IMG/VR virus record: IMGVR_UViG_3300035696_002359
Length of the DNA: 64,000 bases
Origin: an uncultured virus (IMG/VR IMGVR_UViG_3300035696_002359)
Taxonomy: Duplodnaviria > Heunggongvirae > Uroviricota > Caudoviricetes
Strand: one strand, 5' to 3'
Under the pieces are notes generated by a model, which saw only the letters and a list, made by a program, of their open reading frames with translations, searched no databases and was not told where the DNA came from. The position numbers were made by a program, and so were the translations under genes. Positions 1 through 9,963 of the stretch are shown piece after piece; position 1 is the first letter of the stretch; each line of letters starts with the position of its first letter.

Positions 1-107
1 CCGAAGTGGCTGCCTCGCCGGAATGTGCTGGGCTGGTCTTCGTGACCAGCCATCATTCTTCATACGCATGTATAGGCGTGACGTGTTCGGTCAACCGAGA
101 ACTTCGC

Positions 108-1235
108 TTAAGCTAGTGCCATTCGCGCGCCAGGCTGAAGCGACTTGACCACTGTTGCGCCGTTCTCCGTGCAGAACCGGCGGACGGCGCTGAGGGGAAC
201 GCGGGCCAGCAGGTCGCCGGAATGGGTGGCGATGAACTTCTGACCTGAAATTGCATCCAAAGCTGCCCAGAGGGATCGCGTAGCGCATGGATGCAGGTGC
301 GATTCTGGCTCCTCAAGCGCCAGGATGGGTTGGCTGAGCTTGTCGTATTGTTCCGCGAGCATCGTGGCCAGGAACGCCTCAAACAGGAAAATCACCGCCA
401 GGCTCTGGGTTCCTGCTCCGTGGCGCGTGAGAGGAAGGGGCGCGCCAGTGGACGCAGTAATGTTGATTTGGGCCTTTGCCAAGAGTTCTGAGATTCGTCC
501 GGGGAGGGCCTCAATATCCACCGTGCCGGCCTTGCCGGAGGCAACGACATTCTGGACTTTTGCCAGGTGCGTTTTGAGGGATTGAAGCGAGTCGTGAGAT
601 TTCAGAACTTGGTCGTTCAGGGCGTTAATCTCGGTCTGGAGCTTTTCGCGGATGTCGCTGGGGATCGTGGTGCTCTTGAGGAATGGAGCCCAGAATGTAG
701 ACCGACCCTGGAATTCGCGTGCGGCATCGCGTAACGCCGACAGGTAGAACAAAGGGACAAACTGGACGAACGTGGTTAGGGTCTGTTGACGTTTCACCTT
801 TGTACCAAGTGCGTTGCCCTTGGCATCGAGAAAATCCCAGTCGGACGTAAATGCCTTGAGCGTTTTGTCATAGGAGCTGGTCGTTCGGAGGATGGCATGG
901 CGGACATTGTTGTCGTCGAAGACAAGCACATCACCCAACGCCTGCACAAGCTCTGCCGGGGGTTGCGCATCGACGATGAAATCGAGTGTGATGCTGAGTT
1001 CGCCGGTTTCGTCGGGCTGCGCCTTGTCGGACGGAAGGTGGTAATCGTACTGGTCGAGCCAATCGCTGCGGCGGAAGTTACTGCGGGTCAGACAAAGGCG
1101 AATGGCCTCAAGAAAGCTAGTCTTGCCGCTGTTGTTCTCGCCGATGAGGACTGTCATCTTATCCACGGGGACAGTGACATCCTTGAAGCAGCGGAAGTTC
1201 TTGATGTTGACGGATCTGAGAAGCATCGTGAGCAT
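108..1235 (-). pseudogene. OLD/YbjD-family ABC-type ATPase (ATP-dependent endonuclease), C-terminally truncated, no TOPRIM domain
   Basis: N-terminal IKNFRCF, Walker A GENNSGKTS, signature HGAGTQS, Walker B LEEPESHLHP, ATHS switch. The ORF stops ~35 aa after ATHS, where the TOPRIM nuclease domain normally follows. Confidence 0.8.
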
Positions 1236-2171
1236 TTCCTGCCTTGACTACGCAATCACATAGGCAGCATTGTACCAGAACTTGGACGTAGCATCCACTA
1301 CCGGCGAAGTCAAGAAAGTCCGTTTTTCTGCAACTGGGTCAATGCCGCGAAGGCGGATTGCCCCGTTTAGACGTTCAGATTGGCCCAATCCGTAGATGTG
1401 ATGGTCCACGAAATGAACACTCAGGACAGGCTCGGCTCTGGGTCGCTGCATCGCCATTCTAGTGCAAGGCTTGCTGGACTGCTGATAAGCGGTGATTGTA
1501 GCCGAAGGGCTGCCCAATGTATCCCATGCCTTTGCTGGAAGCTGGGATTTCACCTGGAATCCGTGGGAAACAGCCCGCTGGAACGGTGCAAGCCGGCCTA
1601 TGCAGAGCATAGGGAAGACGCCTGATGAAAATGTTCTTCGCCAAGCTTCCAAAATCTCAAAGTTCGCTCATACTTGACTTCGGGTGTTTTCGGGCGAAGT
1701 CACGCTGGGTGTTTGCAATGCGACTGCAATGGCATCAAGAGAGCGTGGCCAACTGCATCCGGCATGGAGAAAACCGGCTGAATCGGGACAGTGCCCCTGG
1801 TCGAAGCGGAGCGGGCGCAGCGGTGGGGCGTGCGGTTAGTAGTCTTCGGCCAAGAGCACCGTCGTCACACAACCGTCAAAGAATCACCAGGGGGCAAGCC
1901 CCGGTGGTGGCGCGTTCGGCACAGCGGGACGGGCAGCAAGTTAACGAACGATGGGGGGGCGTGCCGCCAGGGCAAGATGTGGTTGTTTCGTTCGCGAGAG
2001 ATGAGGCACGGCGGGCGGTTACCACCATTGCCGTCCACCCGCCGAGGCGCTCGCTTATCCAGGTCGGCGGCAATTTACCCAAATATAATGGAAGGAATCC
2101 CGATTGTATCCTGAGCAGGAGACGAGGGAAATGTCCTGTCCTATTCCCCGTTCCCCGATCAAGGCAAGACA

Positions 2172-4856
2172 ATGAGCCATCTGATTACGTCCCAACTGGT
2201 CGAGGCCGACCAGCAGTGTCCACGCAAGGCGTTCTTTCTCTTGCGGGGCGACCCCGAACCTCACCCGCACGATTACGAACGTGTTGTTGAGAAACGTGCA
2301 GCACAACGGCGCACAACCTACCTTGCTCCGCTTTCAGCCCAGAAGGAAGGAACTCCCGTTGTAATCTTCACTGGCGATCTTCAAGCCACCTGCGATGCAC
2401 TGACGAACGGCAAAAACCGCGGGCAGCGAGAGCCGCATATTGTAATCGGGACCGAAAACCCGTCGCCCCTGGACAAGACCAGCCTCGCATTTGCGGGTTA
2501 TGCCCTCGGTCAGGAAAGCCGCCATCGTCCATCTTTCGGCGTGATCGTGCCTTTCGCGGGCAGCCCAAAGCGAGTGAAACTCGACCCGCTATATTCTGGC
2601 ATCTCCCAAGCCGTCGGTAGGCTGCGCGAATGGACACGGCAAATTCCACCTGATCCGCCCGCCTGTGTTATGGGCAAGCAATGTCAGACCTGCGAATTCC
2701 GCGATCACTGTCGCGCCGACGCCGAGAAAGCTGATAGTCTCTACCTCCTGGACAAGATGACGCCCAAGCTGGCCGCCAAGTACCAGAAGAAGGGGATTTT
2801 CACGCTGACGCAACTTTCGTATGTCTATCGCCCTCGCCGACGGCCAAGGAAATCGTTGGGCAAAATCCCCACGCCGTTTAATGTCGAACTCCAAGCCCTG
2901 GCTATCCGCGAGAAGAAGATTTACCTGTATGAACGTCCCACTTTGGCACAGCATCCCGTGGAACTCTTCCTCGACATCGAAGGCGTTCCCGACCAGAAAT
3001 TCAATTATCTCGTCGGGGCGATGGTCAAAAAGGGCGACAAGACCACGATGCACTCCTTCTGGGCTGACGGCCCTGACGATGAATCTCGTATCTTTAAGGA
3101 ATGCGTGGACCTAGCTGCCAAGTACCCTGATGCCCCGATTTACCATTACGGCAATTACGAGCGCCGCACCTTTGAGTGGGTGGCCGAACGATACGGCCTC
3201 GGCTGCGAAACCCTCTTGGAACGGTTGGTGAACGTCAACGGAATCGTCTACGGGAAGGTCTATTTTCCCACGCGATCTAACAAGCTGAAAGACCTTGGCG
3301 ACGCAGTCGGGGCGTCTTGGCCGACTTCCAGTCCTTCCGGGATAGAAAGCATCGCGTGGAGATTCCGCTGGGAGGATTCGGGGCAGGCCGACTTCAAGGC
3401 GAAGCTGATTGCCTACAATCAGGCAGATTGCAACGCCTTGCGTTTGTTGACGGCGGAACTCCAATCTCTGTCGAAGGCAGCCGACTCGCGGGTGGACGTG
3501 GACTTCACGAACAAGCCGAAGCAGTTGGCGACTGCGGCAGGCGAGCAAATTCATCGGACGTTTGTTGGAATCATCAAGTCCGCGCAGGAAGAGTACCGAC
3601 GCAAACGCATTCGGTTCTTTGAAGAGAGCAGGTCGAACGATCCACAAGGGCAGGGCGATCGCAAACAGCGTGCCCCAAGGAGGGTACGTCGTAGCCTCTC
3701 TGCTAAGCGCGTAAAGATCATTATGGTTCGTTCAAAACGAAAGTGCCCGCGTCACCCTGAGGAGAAGCTGCGACTTTCACAAGCTACCGCGCAACACACG
3801 TTGATAGACCTGCACTTTACAAGAACTGGCTGCCGCAAAGTCTTACTGAGATACGTAGGTCACAAAGTCTTTTGTCCGCTTTGCAACCGCAATTACCATC
3901 CACCAGCACTAACGCTGAGTCGGCTTGCAGGAGGCCAACTATATGGACACGCATTTCAGGCATGGGCCGCATACCAGCGAATCGTCCTGCATCTTCCGTA
4001 CCGTGCTATTGCACAATCGTCCGAGATTCTCTTTTCTGAGTACATGCGATTCAACACCGTCGAGACCTTCATCCGACAACTGTCCGAGAAATACAAGGTG
4101 ACGGAAAAGCACCTGCTTTCCAGCATTCTCGCAAGCCCCTTTATACATAGTGATGAAACGAAACTCAGTATTCACGGCACCGACTACTACGCTTGGACAC
4201 TCACGGACGGGAGGCATGTTGTTTTCCGTCTGACGCCGACTCGGGAAACGGCCTTCCTTGGCAAACTACTCAACGGGTACAACGGCGTGCTGATTTCCGA
4301 CTTTTACGGCGGCTACGACTCGATGCCATGCAGGCAGCAGAAGTGTCTGGTCCACTTGATCCGTGACCTAAACGATGACCTGTGGAAGAACCCGTTCCTA
4401 GCGGAGTACGAGTTGTTTGTCGCCCGCATCCGTGACTTGTTCTTGCCGATTTTCAAGGACGTTGAGCGGTACGGATCGAAAAGACGATATCTGAACAAAC
4501 ACATGAAATCGGTGGATCGGTTCTATCGCCAATCCATTGACGACGTGACGTGGCAGAGCGAAATAATCCAAACCTATCAAAAGAGATTCGTGCGATACAG
4601 GGAATCACTCTTCCTATTCCTGACGGAGGACGGTATTCCCTGGAACAACAACGCAGCGGAACGGGCTCTACGCACGTTGGTGGTCCAACGAAACATTTCG
4701 GGATCGTTCTACTTGAAGGGGACCAACAACTACTTGCGGTTGCTTGGAATCGCTCAATCATGCCGCTTCCAAGACAAGTCGTTCCTCCGATTCCTGCTGT
4801 CCGAAGAGCGCGATGTTGACGCATTCAAGGACAGCAAGGGACGCAGGCGATCATGA
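2172..4856 (+). CDS. TM0106/RecB-like nuclease + RNase_H_2-like domain fused to IS66-family DDE transposase
   Basis: N-half: CPRKAF, CQTCEFRDHC, FLDIEG, IYHYGNYE, YNQADCNAL. C-half: Zn finger CPRH..CPLC, HSDET, LISDFYGGY, QKCLVHLIRD, IPWNNNAAERALR. Confidence 0.8.
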   Translation: MSHLITSQLVEADQQCPRKAFFLLRGDPEPHPHDYERVVEKRAAQRRTTYLAPLSAQKEGTPVVIFTGDLQATCDALTNGKNRGQREPHIVIGTENPSPLDKTSLAFAGYALGQESRHRPSFGVIVPFAGSPKRVKLDPLYSGISQAVGRLREWTRQIPPDPPACVMGKQCQTCEFRDHCRADAEKADSLYLLDKMTPKLAAKYQKKGIFTLTQLSYVYRPRRRPRKSLGKIPTPFNVELQALAIREKKIYLYERPTLAQHPVELFLDIEGVPDQKFNYLVGAMVKKGDKTTMHSFWADGPDDESRIFKECVDLAAKYPDAPIYHYGNYERRTFEWVAERYGLGCETLLERLVNVNGIVYGKVYFPTRSNKLKDLGDAVGASWPTSSPSGIESIAWRFRWEDSGQADFKAKLIAYNQADCNALRLLTAELQSLSKAADSRVDVDFTNKPKQLATAAGEQIHRTFVGIIKSAQEEYRRKRIRFFEESRSNDPQGQGDRKQRAPRRVRRSLSAKRVKIIMVRSKRKCPRHPEEKLRLSQATAQHTLIDLHFTRTGCRKVLLRYVGHKVFCPLCNRNYHPPALTLSRLAGGQLYGHAFQAWAAYQRIVLHLPYRAIAQSSEILFSEYMRFNTVETFIRQLSEKYKVTEKHLLSSILASPFIHSDETKLSIHGTDYYAWTLTDGRHVVFRLTPTRETAFLGKLLNGYNGVLISDFYGGYDSMPCRQQKCLVHLIRDLNDDLWKNPFLAEYELFVARIRDLFLPIFKDVERYGSKRRYLNKHMKSVDRFYRQSIDDVTWQSEIIQTYQKRFVRYRESLFLFLTEDGIPWNNNAAERALRTLVVQRNISGSFYLKGTNNYLRLLGIAQSCRFQDKSFLRFLLSEERDVDAFKDSKGRRRS

Positions 4857-4867
4857 TCGACCACAGA

Positions 4868-5080
4868 TGCAGTTCAAGACGCCGAAGACTGCCTCGGCTT
4901 TTGTCGAACTGGCTCTGCGGCACCTATGCGACAAGCAGATCGCCGCGGCGATGGGGGATCAGCGAGCCGACGATTCGCACGTACCTGCAACGCATTTCCG
5001 CACGGACACAGACACGCGGCCGCATGGAACTGGCCATGCGTGTGCTGGCCGTCTCTCATCAAGTGGCCCGTGAAGCGTGA
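4868..5080 (+). pseudogene. LuxR-type HTH regulator fragment split by a +1 frameshift
   Basis: LCDKQIAAAMG in one frame continues as ISEPTIRTYLQRISARTQTRGRMELA in the next frame, across the G5 run at 4953-4957. Confidence 0.6.
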
Positions 5081-5129
5081 AGGGAATACACCGCGTGCGG
5101 ATGTGTTTCAACACATCTGAGAAATATCT

Positions 5130-5471
5130 TCAGACTTCGAGAAGAATCTGCGCGGCACGTGGAGGCAAAGTTGGAATGGCGGCGGCAATGTCGCCGTTGC
5201 GTTGGGGGAGGGGAGGATTCTTAAATCCATTTTGGCCAGCACGCCACTGGACGAAATCCTGCCAGAAGACGACCCCGTGAAACGCCGGAAAGCCGGGAAG
5301 GTGAAACCAGCAACGCGCTGTCGAATAGGACACACCGGCGCAAACGGCAAATTCCTTGGCGTTCAACGCCTGATCCAAACGGCGTTTTTCTAAGACGGAT
5401 TCGAGCGCGATGCCTTGCAGTTGCTTGTCTCGTCCTTGCTCTGGAAGAATTTCGGTGCGTCCCCGTTCCAT
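5130..5471 (-). CDS. Small HTH protein, probable excisionase/recombination directionality factor
   Basis: LNAKEFAVCAGVSYSTARCW HTH-like segment; co-oriented with and downstream of the 5658-6692 integrase. Start uncertain. Confidence 0.5.
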   Translation of the reverse strand: MERGRTEILPEQGRDKQLQGIALESVLEKRRLDQALNAKEFAVCAGVSYSTARCWFHLPGFPAFHGVVFWQDFVQWRAGQNGFKNPPLPQRNGDIAAAIPTLPPRAAQILLEV

Positions 5472-5657
5472 GACTCCGCTCCCTCGTTGTCCGGCCGTGC
5501 TTCGCCAGTTGTTGTTCGTACTCCATTATGCCCAGTATACCACGCTTTGCGGGCTTTGTCCCGTGGAAACTGGCTGTGATAGCCAGTTTGAGAGCATTCT
5601 CCCGTCACTGCCAGTAATGTAGCGGCAAGTTGAGGTGAATTGTCCCTGTGGGCTCCA

Positions 5658-6692
5658 TTAAGCGGGAAACTGCACTGCGTTCCGCCATTGCGCCACGTCC
5701 TCGACTTTTTCCCGCTGGTAAACTTGATGAACCAACTCGGACGAATGGTTCACTAGCCGCATAGCCGCTTCGCGCGGCACACCGGCACGGCGCAGCCGGT
5801 TGACGTAGGTGACGCGCAGGCAGTGGAAACACAAGTGTGGCTTATTGATTTTTATGAAGAATTGCTGCCAGCGGCGCGACGGCTGGAATGGAAATTCAAC
5901 GGTAAACTGCCGTTTCGCCTTGCGGATGCGTTGAAACAACGGGCGCAGCGCAGACGGCATGGGCACGGAAAACGCTCGGTCTTCGCCGCCTTTGGGCGAT
6001 GGGAACGTGATCTTGTTTTCCGCGAAATCAATGCAGTTGAGCGGCAGCCGGGTTTCCCGCAAGCGACAGCCAGTGTGCAGAGAAATGTCAAACGCGGTTT
6101 GCATCCATTCCGGCTCGGTTTTCAACGCCTCCCGAATGACGTGGATGTCCTCATCGGTCAGTTCCGGCTTCTTGGCAGCCTTGTCCCGCCGCAACTTGAG
6201 GCTCACCAGCGGGTTTGCATCGGCGTGGCCCAGCCGCACGGCCTCGCCCATAATCATGGCGAGGAGTTTCAATTCCATTATGGCCGTATTGCGTCCGGCC
6301 GCCTTACCAGTTTTCTTCTTGTAGCTTATGCGCCAGTCAAGGTATTCAAGAGCATTGCGGTAGGTAATGGCGCGGGGCGAGTGGTAGCGCTTTTCTTGCA
6401 GCCAGAACGCCAGCCAAGACCACGTGCCGGTGTAACGTTCCAGTGTCCGGGGGCTTTCGCAGTGCCGTTCCAGATATTGCGGCACCCAGGTATCCCAACC
6501 GCCGCCGCTGATTTCACCAGCGTTGCGGGTGAGTTCCTTGGCTTCAAGTCGCGCGCGCAGGGCGCGTGCCTTGACTGTCTGAGCGGGATCGTCCGCCCGC
6601 AAGCCGGTGGATTTGTTGCGCCGCTTGCCGTCGGTGTCAATGAACTGTATAAACCAGAAGGGTGAGTTTCGTTTCTTGTATATGGATGCCAT
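5658..6692 (-). CDS. Tyrosine recombinase/integrase (tRNA-Gly associated)
   Basis: MASIYKKRNSPFWFIQF arm-binding-type N-terminus, TGCRLRE, FHCLRVT, VNH, VYQR; adjacent to the tRNA-Gly 3' fragment. Confidence 0.9.
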   Translation of the reverse strand: MASIYKKRNSPFWFIQFIDTDGKRRNKSTGLRADDPAQTVKARALRARLEAKELTRNAGEISGGGWDTWVPQYLERHCESPRTLERYTGTWSWLAFWLQEKRYHSPRAITYRNALEYLDWRISYKKKTGKAAGRNTAIMELKLLAMIMGEAVRLGHADANPLVSLKLRRDKAAKKPELTDEDIHVIREALKTEPEWMQTAFDISLHTGCRLRETRLPLNCIDFAENKITFPSPKGGEDRAFSVPMPSALRPLFQRIRKAKRQFTVEFPFQPSRRWQQFFIKINKPHLCFHCLRVTYVNRLRRAGVPREAAMRLVNHSSELVHQVYQREKVEDVAQWRNAVQFPA

Positions 6693-6698
6693 AGACGA

Positions 6699-6863
6699 GT
6701 GCAGTTTGTGCAGTAATGATACTGCACAAATGTGCAAATGTCCAGCAAAACCTAGCCTTCTGGACTGCTATAAACCACTATGCCAGTAACGAGGGTTCGA
6801 TTCCCTTCACCCGCTCCATTATTTATCAATGGCTTAGATGGTAGTGCAGTAAAAGTGCAGTAA
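6699..6863. repeat. Arm-type repeats GTGCAGT(A/T) on both sides of the att core, plus an IHF-consensus site
   Basis: GTGCAGTT 6699, GTGCAGTAA 6708, inverted TACTGCAC 6720, GTGCAGTAA 6844 and 6855. TATCAATGGCTTA at 6824-6836 fits WATCAANNNNTTR. Confidence 0.65.
6789..6818 (+). mobile_element. att core: 3' fragment of a tRNA-Gly (T-arm + acceptor 3' strand + CCA)
   Basis: ACGAGGGTTCGATTCCCTTCACCCGCTCCA resembles the 3' end of tRNA-Gly(CCC)-type genes; no D-arm or anticodon arm upstream; next to an integrase. Confidence 0.85.
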
Positions 6864-7033
6864 CGTGCCATGATGGAGTTCTCCTGCCTTGCCACGCCGT
6901 GAAACAGCTTTCGCTAACCCTGCCGTCGTCGTCGCCGTCGCCGTTCGCCTCCTCGCCCCGCCGTTGGGAGGCAACGGCGATGGCAGAGACGAAAGGTAGG
7001 GTGCCCCTGCTGTTGTTGAGCCTGAGTTGGGGC

Positions 7034-8278
7034 CTATTGCCCGAAGACTGACAGAATCGCCTCCTGCTGGGTCGAGGGGTAGAGATGCCGGTATCGCTTT
7101 CGCTGCTCGTCGGTGGCATGGCCGGTCCATTCGTCAATCAACCGCTGGTCGATCCCTTTGCTCGCGCACGCCGAGATGAAGCTGTGGCGAAGCACATGGT
7201 ATCCGCGGAGCACTTCCCATTTCGAGCCACGGACTACTCGCTTAAAATGATCGTGGGCCTCGTCGTGCGTAATTGGCGTAGACGCCATCCGCTTGGTCTT
7301 GCTCCTTACCACCATCGGCGATTGGCAAAATAGGTACTGGCCTCCCGGATAAGCCGCCAGCCAGTCCTTCAAGACACCAGCCAGGAGCGGCGTCAGGGGT
7401 ATGCGCCTCGTCGTCGTCTTTCCTTTCGCCCGTTTCTTCTCCCGGATGAGGACGGTCTTGCCATCGAAATCCACGTCGGCCACCAGCACGCGCAGCATTT
7501 CGGCACGGCGGGTTCCGGTGTAGGCGGCGAAGCAAAAGAGCGGGTATACCCAGGGCTGTGCGGCTCGTGCCTTCACATGGGCGAGAAGGTCGGCCGTTTC
7601 CGCAGATTGCAGGTAGAGACAATCCCACAAGGTACGCTTTTCGGCATCGCTCAGTCCGCCGGCCTTGATTCTGCGTTCGATCTGGTTCCAGGTCTGGAAC
7701 GGGGGCTTTTCAGCGAACTTCGGATACCGCAGTCCCTTGTACGGGAACTTTCCGGTAAGCAGCCCCATCTGCACGGCCCAATTCCAGACCGTCCGCAAGG
7801 TGATGATCTCTTTGTGGATGGTCGCCGGCGAGAGCTTGCCCCGCAGACCTTTCTTCTTCGCGCGCCGATCGACGTGTTGTTGAAGATCGGCCATCGAGAG
7901 ATCCTCGACGGGGAACCGTTCCCCGAGCGTCCCGGCAAGGTGTTTGAAGTGAAGCTCGATGCCCTCCAGCGTAGACTTTTCTAGGCTGCCGTTTCGGTGG
8001 GTATCGAGGTATCGGTCGCGGAGGGCGGCAAGGGTCAGAGAGCCTTTCTCCGGTGCTTCCTGGGGTGGGTTGCCATCGAACTGCAAGAATGTGACAATAT
8101 CCATTGCGGGGGGCAGATGCAGGAGATTCTGCCTGAGCCGCATAAGAAGGTAGCCCACTTGACTGGCCTTGGCTTGAGCTTCGTCCTCGGCAACCTTTCC
8201 GAGACCGAACGTATGGCGTTTCCCATGATAAAGAAACTGGCAGTACCACGCCCCGCACTTGTTTTGGAGAGAGGCCAT
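7034..8278 (-). CDS. Tyrosine recombinase/integrase
   Basis: GTRRAEM, YHVLRHSF, WTGH, RYRHLYP; likely start MASLQNKCGAWYCQF at 8278. Confidence 0.92.
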   Translation of the reverse strand: MASLQNKCGAWYCQFLYHGKRHTFGLGKVAEDEAQAKASQVGYLLMRLRQNLLHLPPAMDIVTFLQFDGNPPQEAPEKGSLTLAALRDRYLDTHRNGSLEKSTLEGIELHFKHLAGTLGERFPVEDLSMADLQQHVDRRAKKKGLRGKLSPATIHKEIITLRTVWNWAVQMGLLTGKFPYKGLRYPKFAEKPPFQTWNQIERRIKAGGLSDAEKRTLWDCLYLQSAETADLLAHVKARAAQPWVYPLFCFAAYTGTRRAEMLRVLVADVDFDGKTVLIREKKRAKGKTTTRRIPLTPLLAGVLKDWLAAYPGGQYLFCQSPMVVRSKTKRMASTPITHDEAHDHFKRVVRGSKWEVLRGYHVLRHSFISACASKGIDQRLIDEWTGHATDEQRKRYRHLYPSTQQEAILSVFGQ

Positions 8279-8283
8279 TTTCT

Positions 8284-8409
8284 GCAATTCTTCTGCAATT
8301 GTTGGCAATTCGATTGCGATGTCAGAAACACGTCACGCCAGTTTTATTTTACCGTAAGTACAACAGCCGTCAATGGTTGCAATGTGAAATCAACGTGAAT
8401 GCAATGTGA
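8284..8409. repeat. Short 10-11 bp-period direct repeats between the left integrase and tRNA-Leu
   Basis: GCAATT at 8284, 8295, 8305; CAA(T/C)GTGA at 8380, 8391, 8402, the last abutting the tRNA 5' end. Confidence 0.55.
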
Positions 8410-8491
<82 letters not shown>

Positions 8492-8505
8492 CTCGCTTAT
8501 CTTAC

Positions 8506-8540
8506 AAGGACTTGCGACGATTGGTCGCAAGTCCTTTTTC
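8506..8540 (+). terminator. Rho-independent terminator-like hairpin after tRNA-Leu
   Basis: Perfect 13-bp stem AAGGACTTGCGAC / GTCGCAAGTCCTT, 5-nt loop, followed by a T run. Confidence 0.7.
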
Positions 8541-8554
8541 TATGAGCCCAGCCC

Positions 8555-8575
8555 AATCTGACACAAATCTGACAC
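8555..8575. repeat. Tandem arm-type repeat AATCTGACAC x2 (11-bp period)
   Basis: Exact 10-mer at 8555 and 8566, between the tRNA and the integrase. Confidence 0.6.
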
Positions 8576-8703
8576 GGCATTGGGCTTGTATGGGCTTCGT
8601 ATCGCTGGTCGAAAGCTCTTATCGGCAGAATAATCTGAGTGATAAGACACGCGTTGCTTCTCAACGAGGTCTGTCCAATGTCATTCCGCCGTGGAGGGAG
8701 TTT

Positions 8704-9963
8704 GTGGCTAGTCTGGAATACGATGTTGCGTCCAACCGTTATCGGCTTCGATTTCGATATGCGGGTCGCGCCTACAAGCGGTCGCTCAAGACGACCAACC
8801 AACGTGAAGCCAGGACCGTCGCAAGTCGCGTAGACGAAACGATCAGGCTGCTTGAACATGGTCGCCTGGAAATCCCCCCGGAGGCCGATCCGGCAGCTTT
8901 CATACTCTCCGACGGCAAGTCGAACGGCAAGCCGACCACGCCGGCCATTCGCACCCTGGAGGATCTTTTTACCTTTTACACGGAGAAACTACCAACGGGT
9001 GCCAAAGAAGCATCCACTTTGGAAGGGGAGGCAATCCATCGAAAACACCTCCTGAGGCACTTGAAGGGATCTAGCCTCGTCAGGTCATTGACCGCGGGTG
9101 ACATGCAGGCCTACGTCGAAAAACGGTTGCAGGACAAATGGCGTGGCAAGGCGATTCGGCCGGATACGATCAAAAAGGAATTGACCACGTTTCGACTCAC
9201 TTGGCGCTGGGCAGTGGATCAGGGCTACCTGAGCGGGTTTGCTCCATTAAAGGGCGTCAAATTGCCCAAGCGAGATGAGAAGCCCCCGTTCATGACGTGG
9301 GAAGAGATCCGGCGAGTTATTGAGCGCGGAGGACTGACCGCGGTGGAAGAGGCGGAACTTTGGGAATGTCTCTTTCTGACTCATGGTGAGGTCCAGGAAG
9401 TTCTCGACCATGCGAAGGCATATGCTCAGCAACCATTTGTGTTTCCGATGTTCGTCATCGCCGCACACACAGGTGCCCGACGGAGCGAAATCCTGCGGTC
9501 CCAGATCGACGACATCGACTTCCGCGCGAGAACAATGCTCATCCGAGAAAAGAAGAAGAATCATGAAAAGTCGCTAACTTACCGACGCGTACCCATGACA
9601 AAGCTACTGCTCGACACTTTGACCCAATGGTTATCCGAACACCCTGGTGGTCAATTCACCATCTGCGAGCCCGTGAAGATTTTGCGGGGGAAAGCCCGGC
9701 AAGTGGGGGTGCCATTGACCCGTTCCGAGGCCCACGATCACTTCAAACGGACTCTCAAAGGCAGCAAATGGGAGAAGATTCGAGGCTTCCACCTCTTCCG
9801 CCACTCATTCGCCTCGAATCTCGCGGCCGCCAGCGTCGACCAGCGTATCATCGACGAATGGATGGGCCACCAGACCGAGGAGCAACGGCGCCGTTATCGG
9901 CATCTCTTTCCCGACCAACAACGCGCGGCGATCGATTCAGTATTTGGTGGGAATGGGAAGTAA
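8704..9963 (+). CDS. Tyrosine recombinase/integrase (paralog of 7034-8278)
   Basis: GTG start after GGAGGGAG; TGARRSEI, FHLFRHSF, WMGH, RYRHLFP. Confidence 0.93.
   Translation: MASLEYDVASNRYRLRFRYAGRAYKRSLKTTNQREARTVASRVDETIRLLEHGRLEIPPEADPAAFILSDGKSNGKPTTPAIRTLEDLFTFYTEKLPTGAKEASTLEGEAIHRKHLLRHLKGSSLVRSLTAGDMQAYVEKRLQDKWRGKAIRPDTIKKELTTFRLTWRWAVDQGYLSGFAPLKGVKLPKRDEKPPFMTWEEIRRVIERGGLTAVEEAELWECLFLTHGEVQEVLDHAKAYAQQPFVFPMFVIAAHTGARRSEILRSQIDDIDFRARTMLIREKKKNHEKSLTYRRVPMTKLLLDTLTQWLSEHPGGQFTICEPVKILRGKARQVGVPLTRSEAHDHFKRTLKGSKWEKIRGFHLFRHSFASNLAAASVDQRIIDEWMGHQTEEQRRRYRHLFPDQQRAAIDSVFGGNGK

Noticed and set aside
75..87. 13-bp inverted match to 8327-8339 (AACACGTCACGCC)
   Set aside because: Dozens of 13-mer matches are expected by chance in 64 kb; no further support.
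1248..2170. Several 60-220 aa ORFs on both strands
   Set aside because: No recognisable motifs or consistent RBS; probably non-coding or decayed sequence.
6781..6820. Complete tRNA-Gly gene
   Set aside because: Only the T-arm and acceptor 3' strand are present; upstream sequence cannot form the D or anticodon arms.
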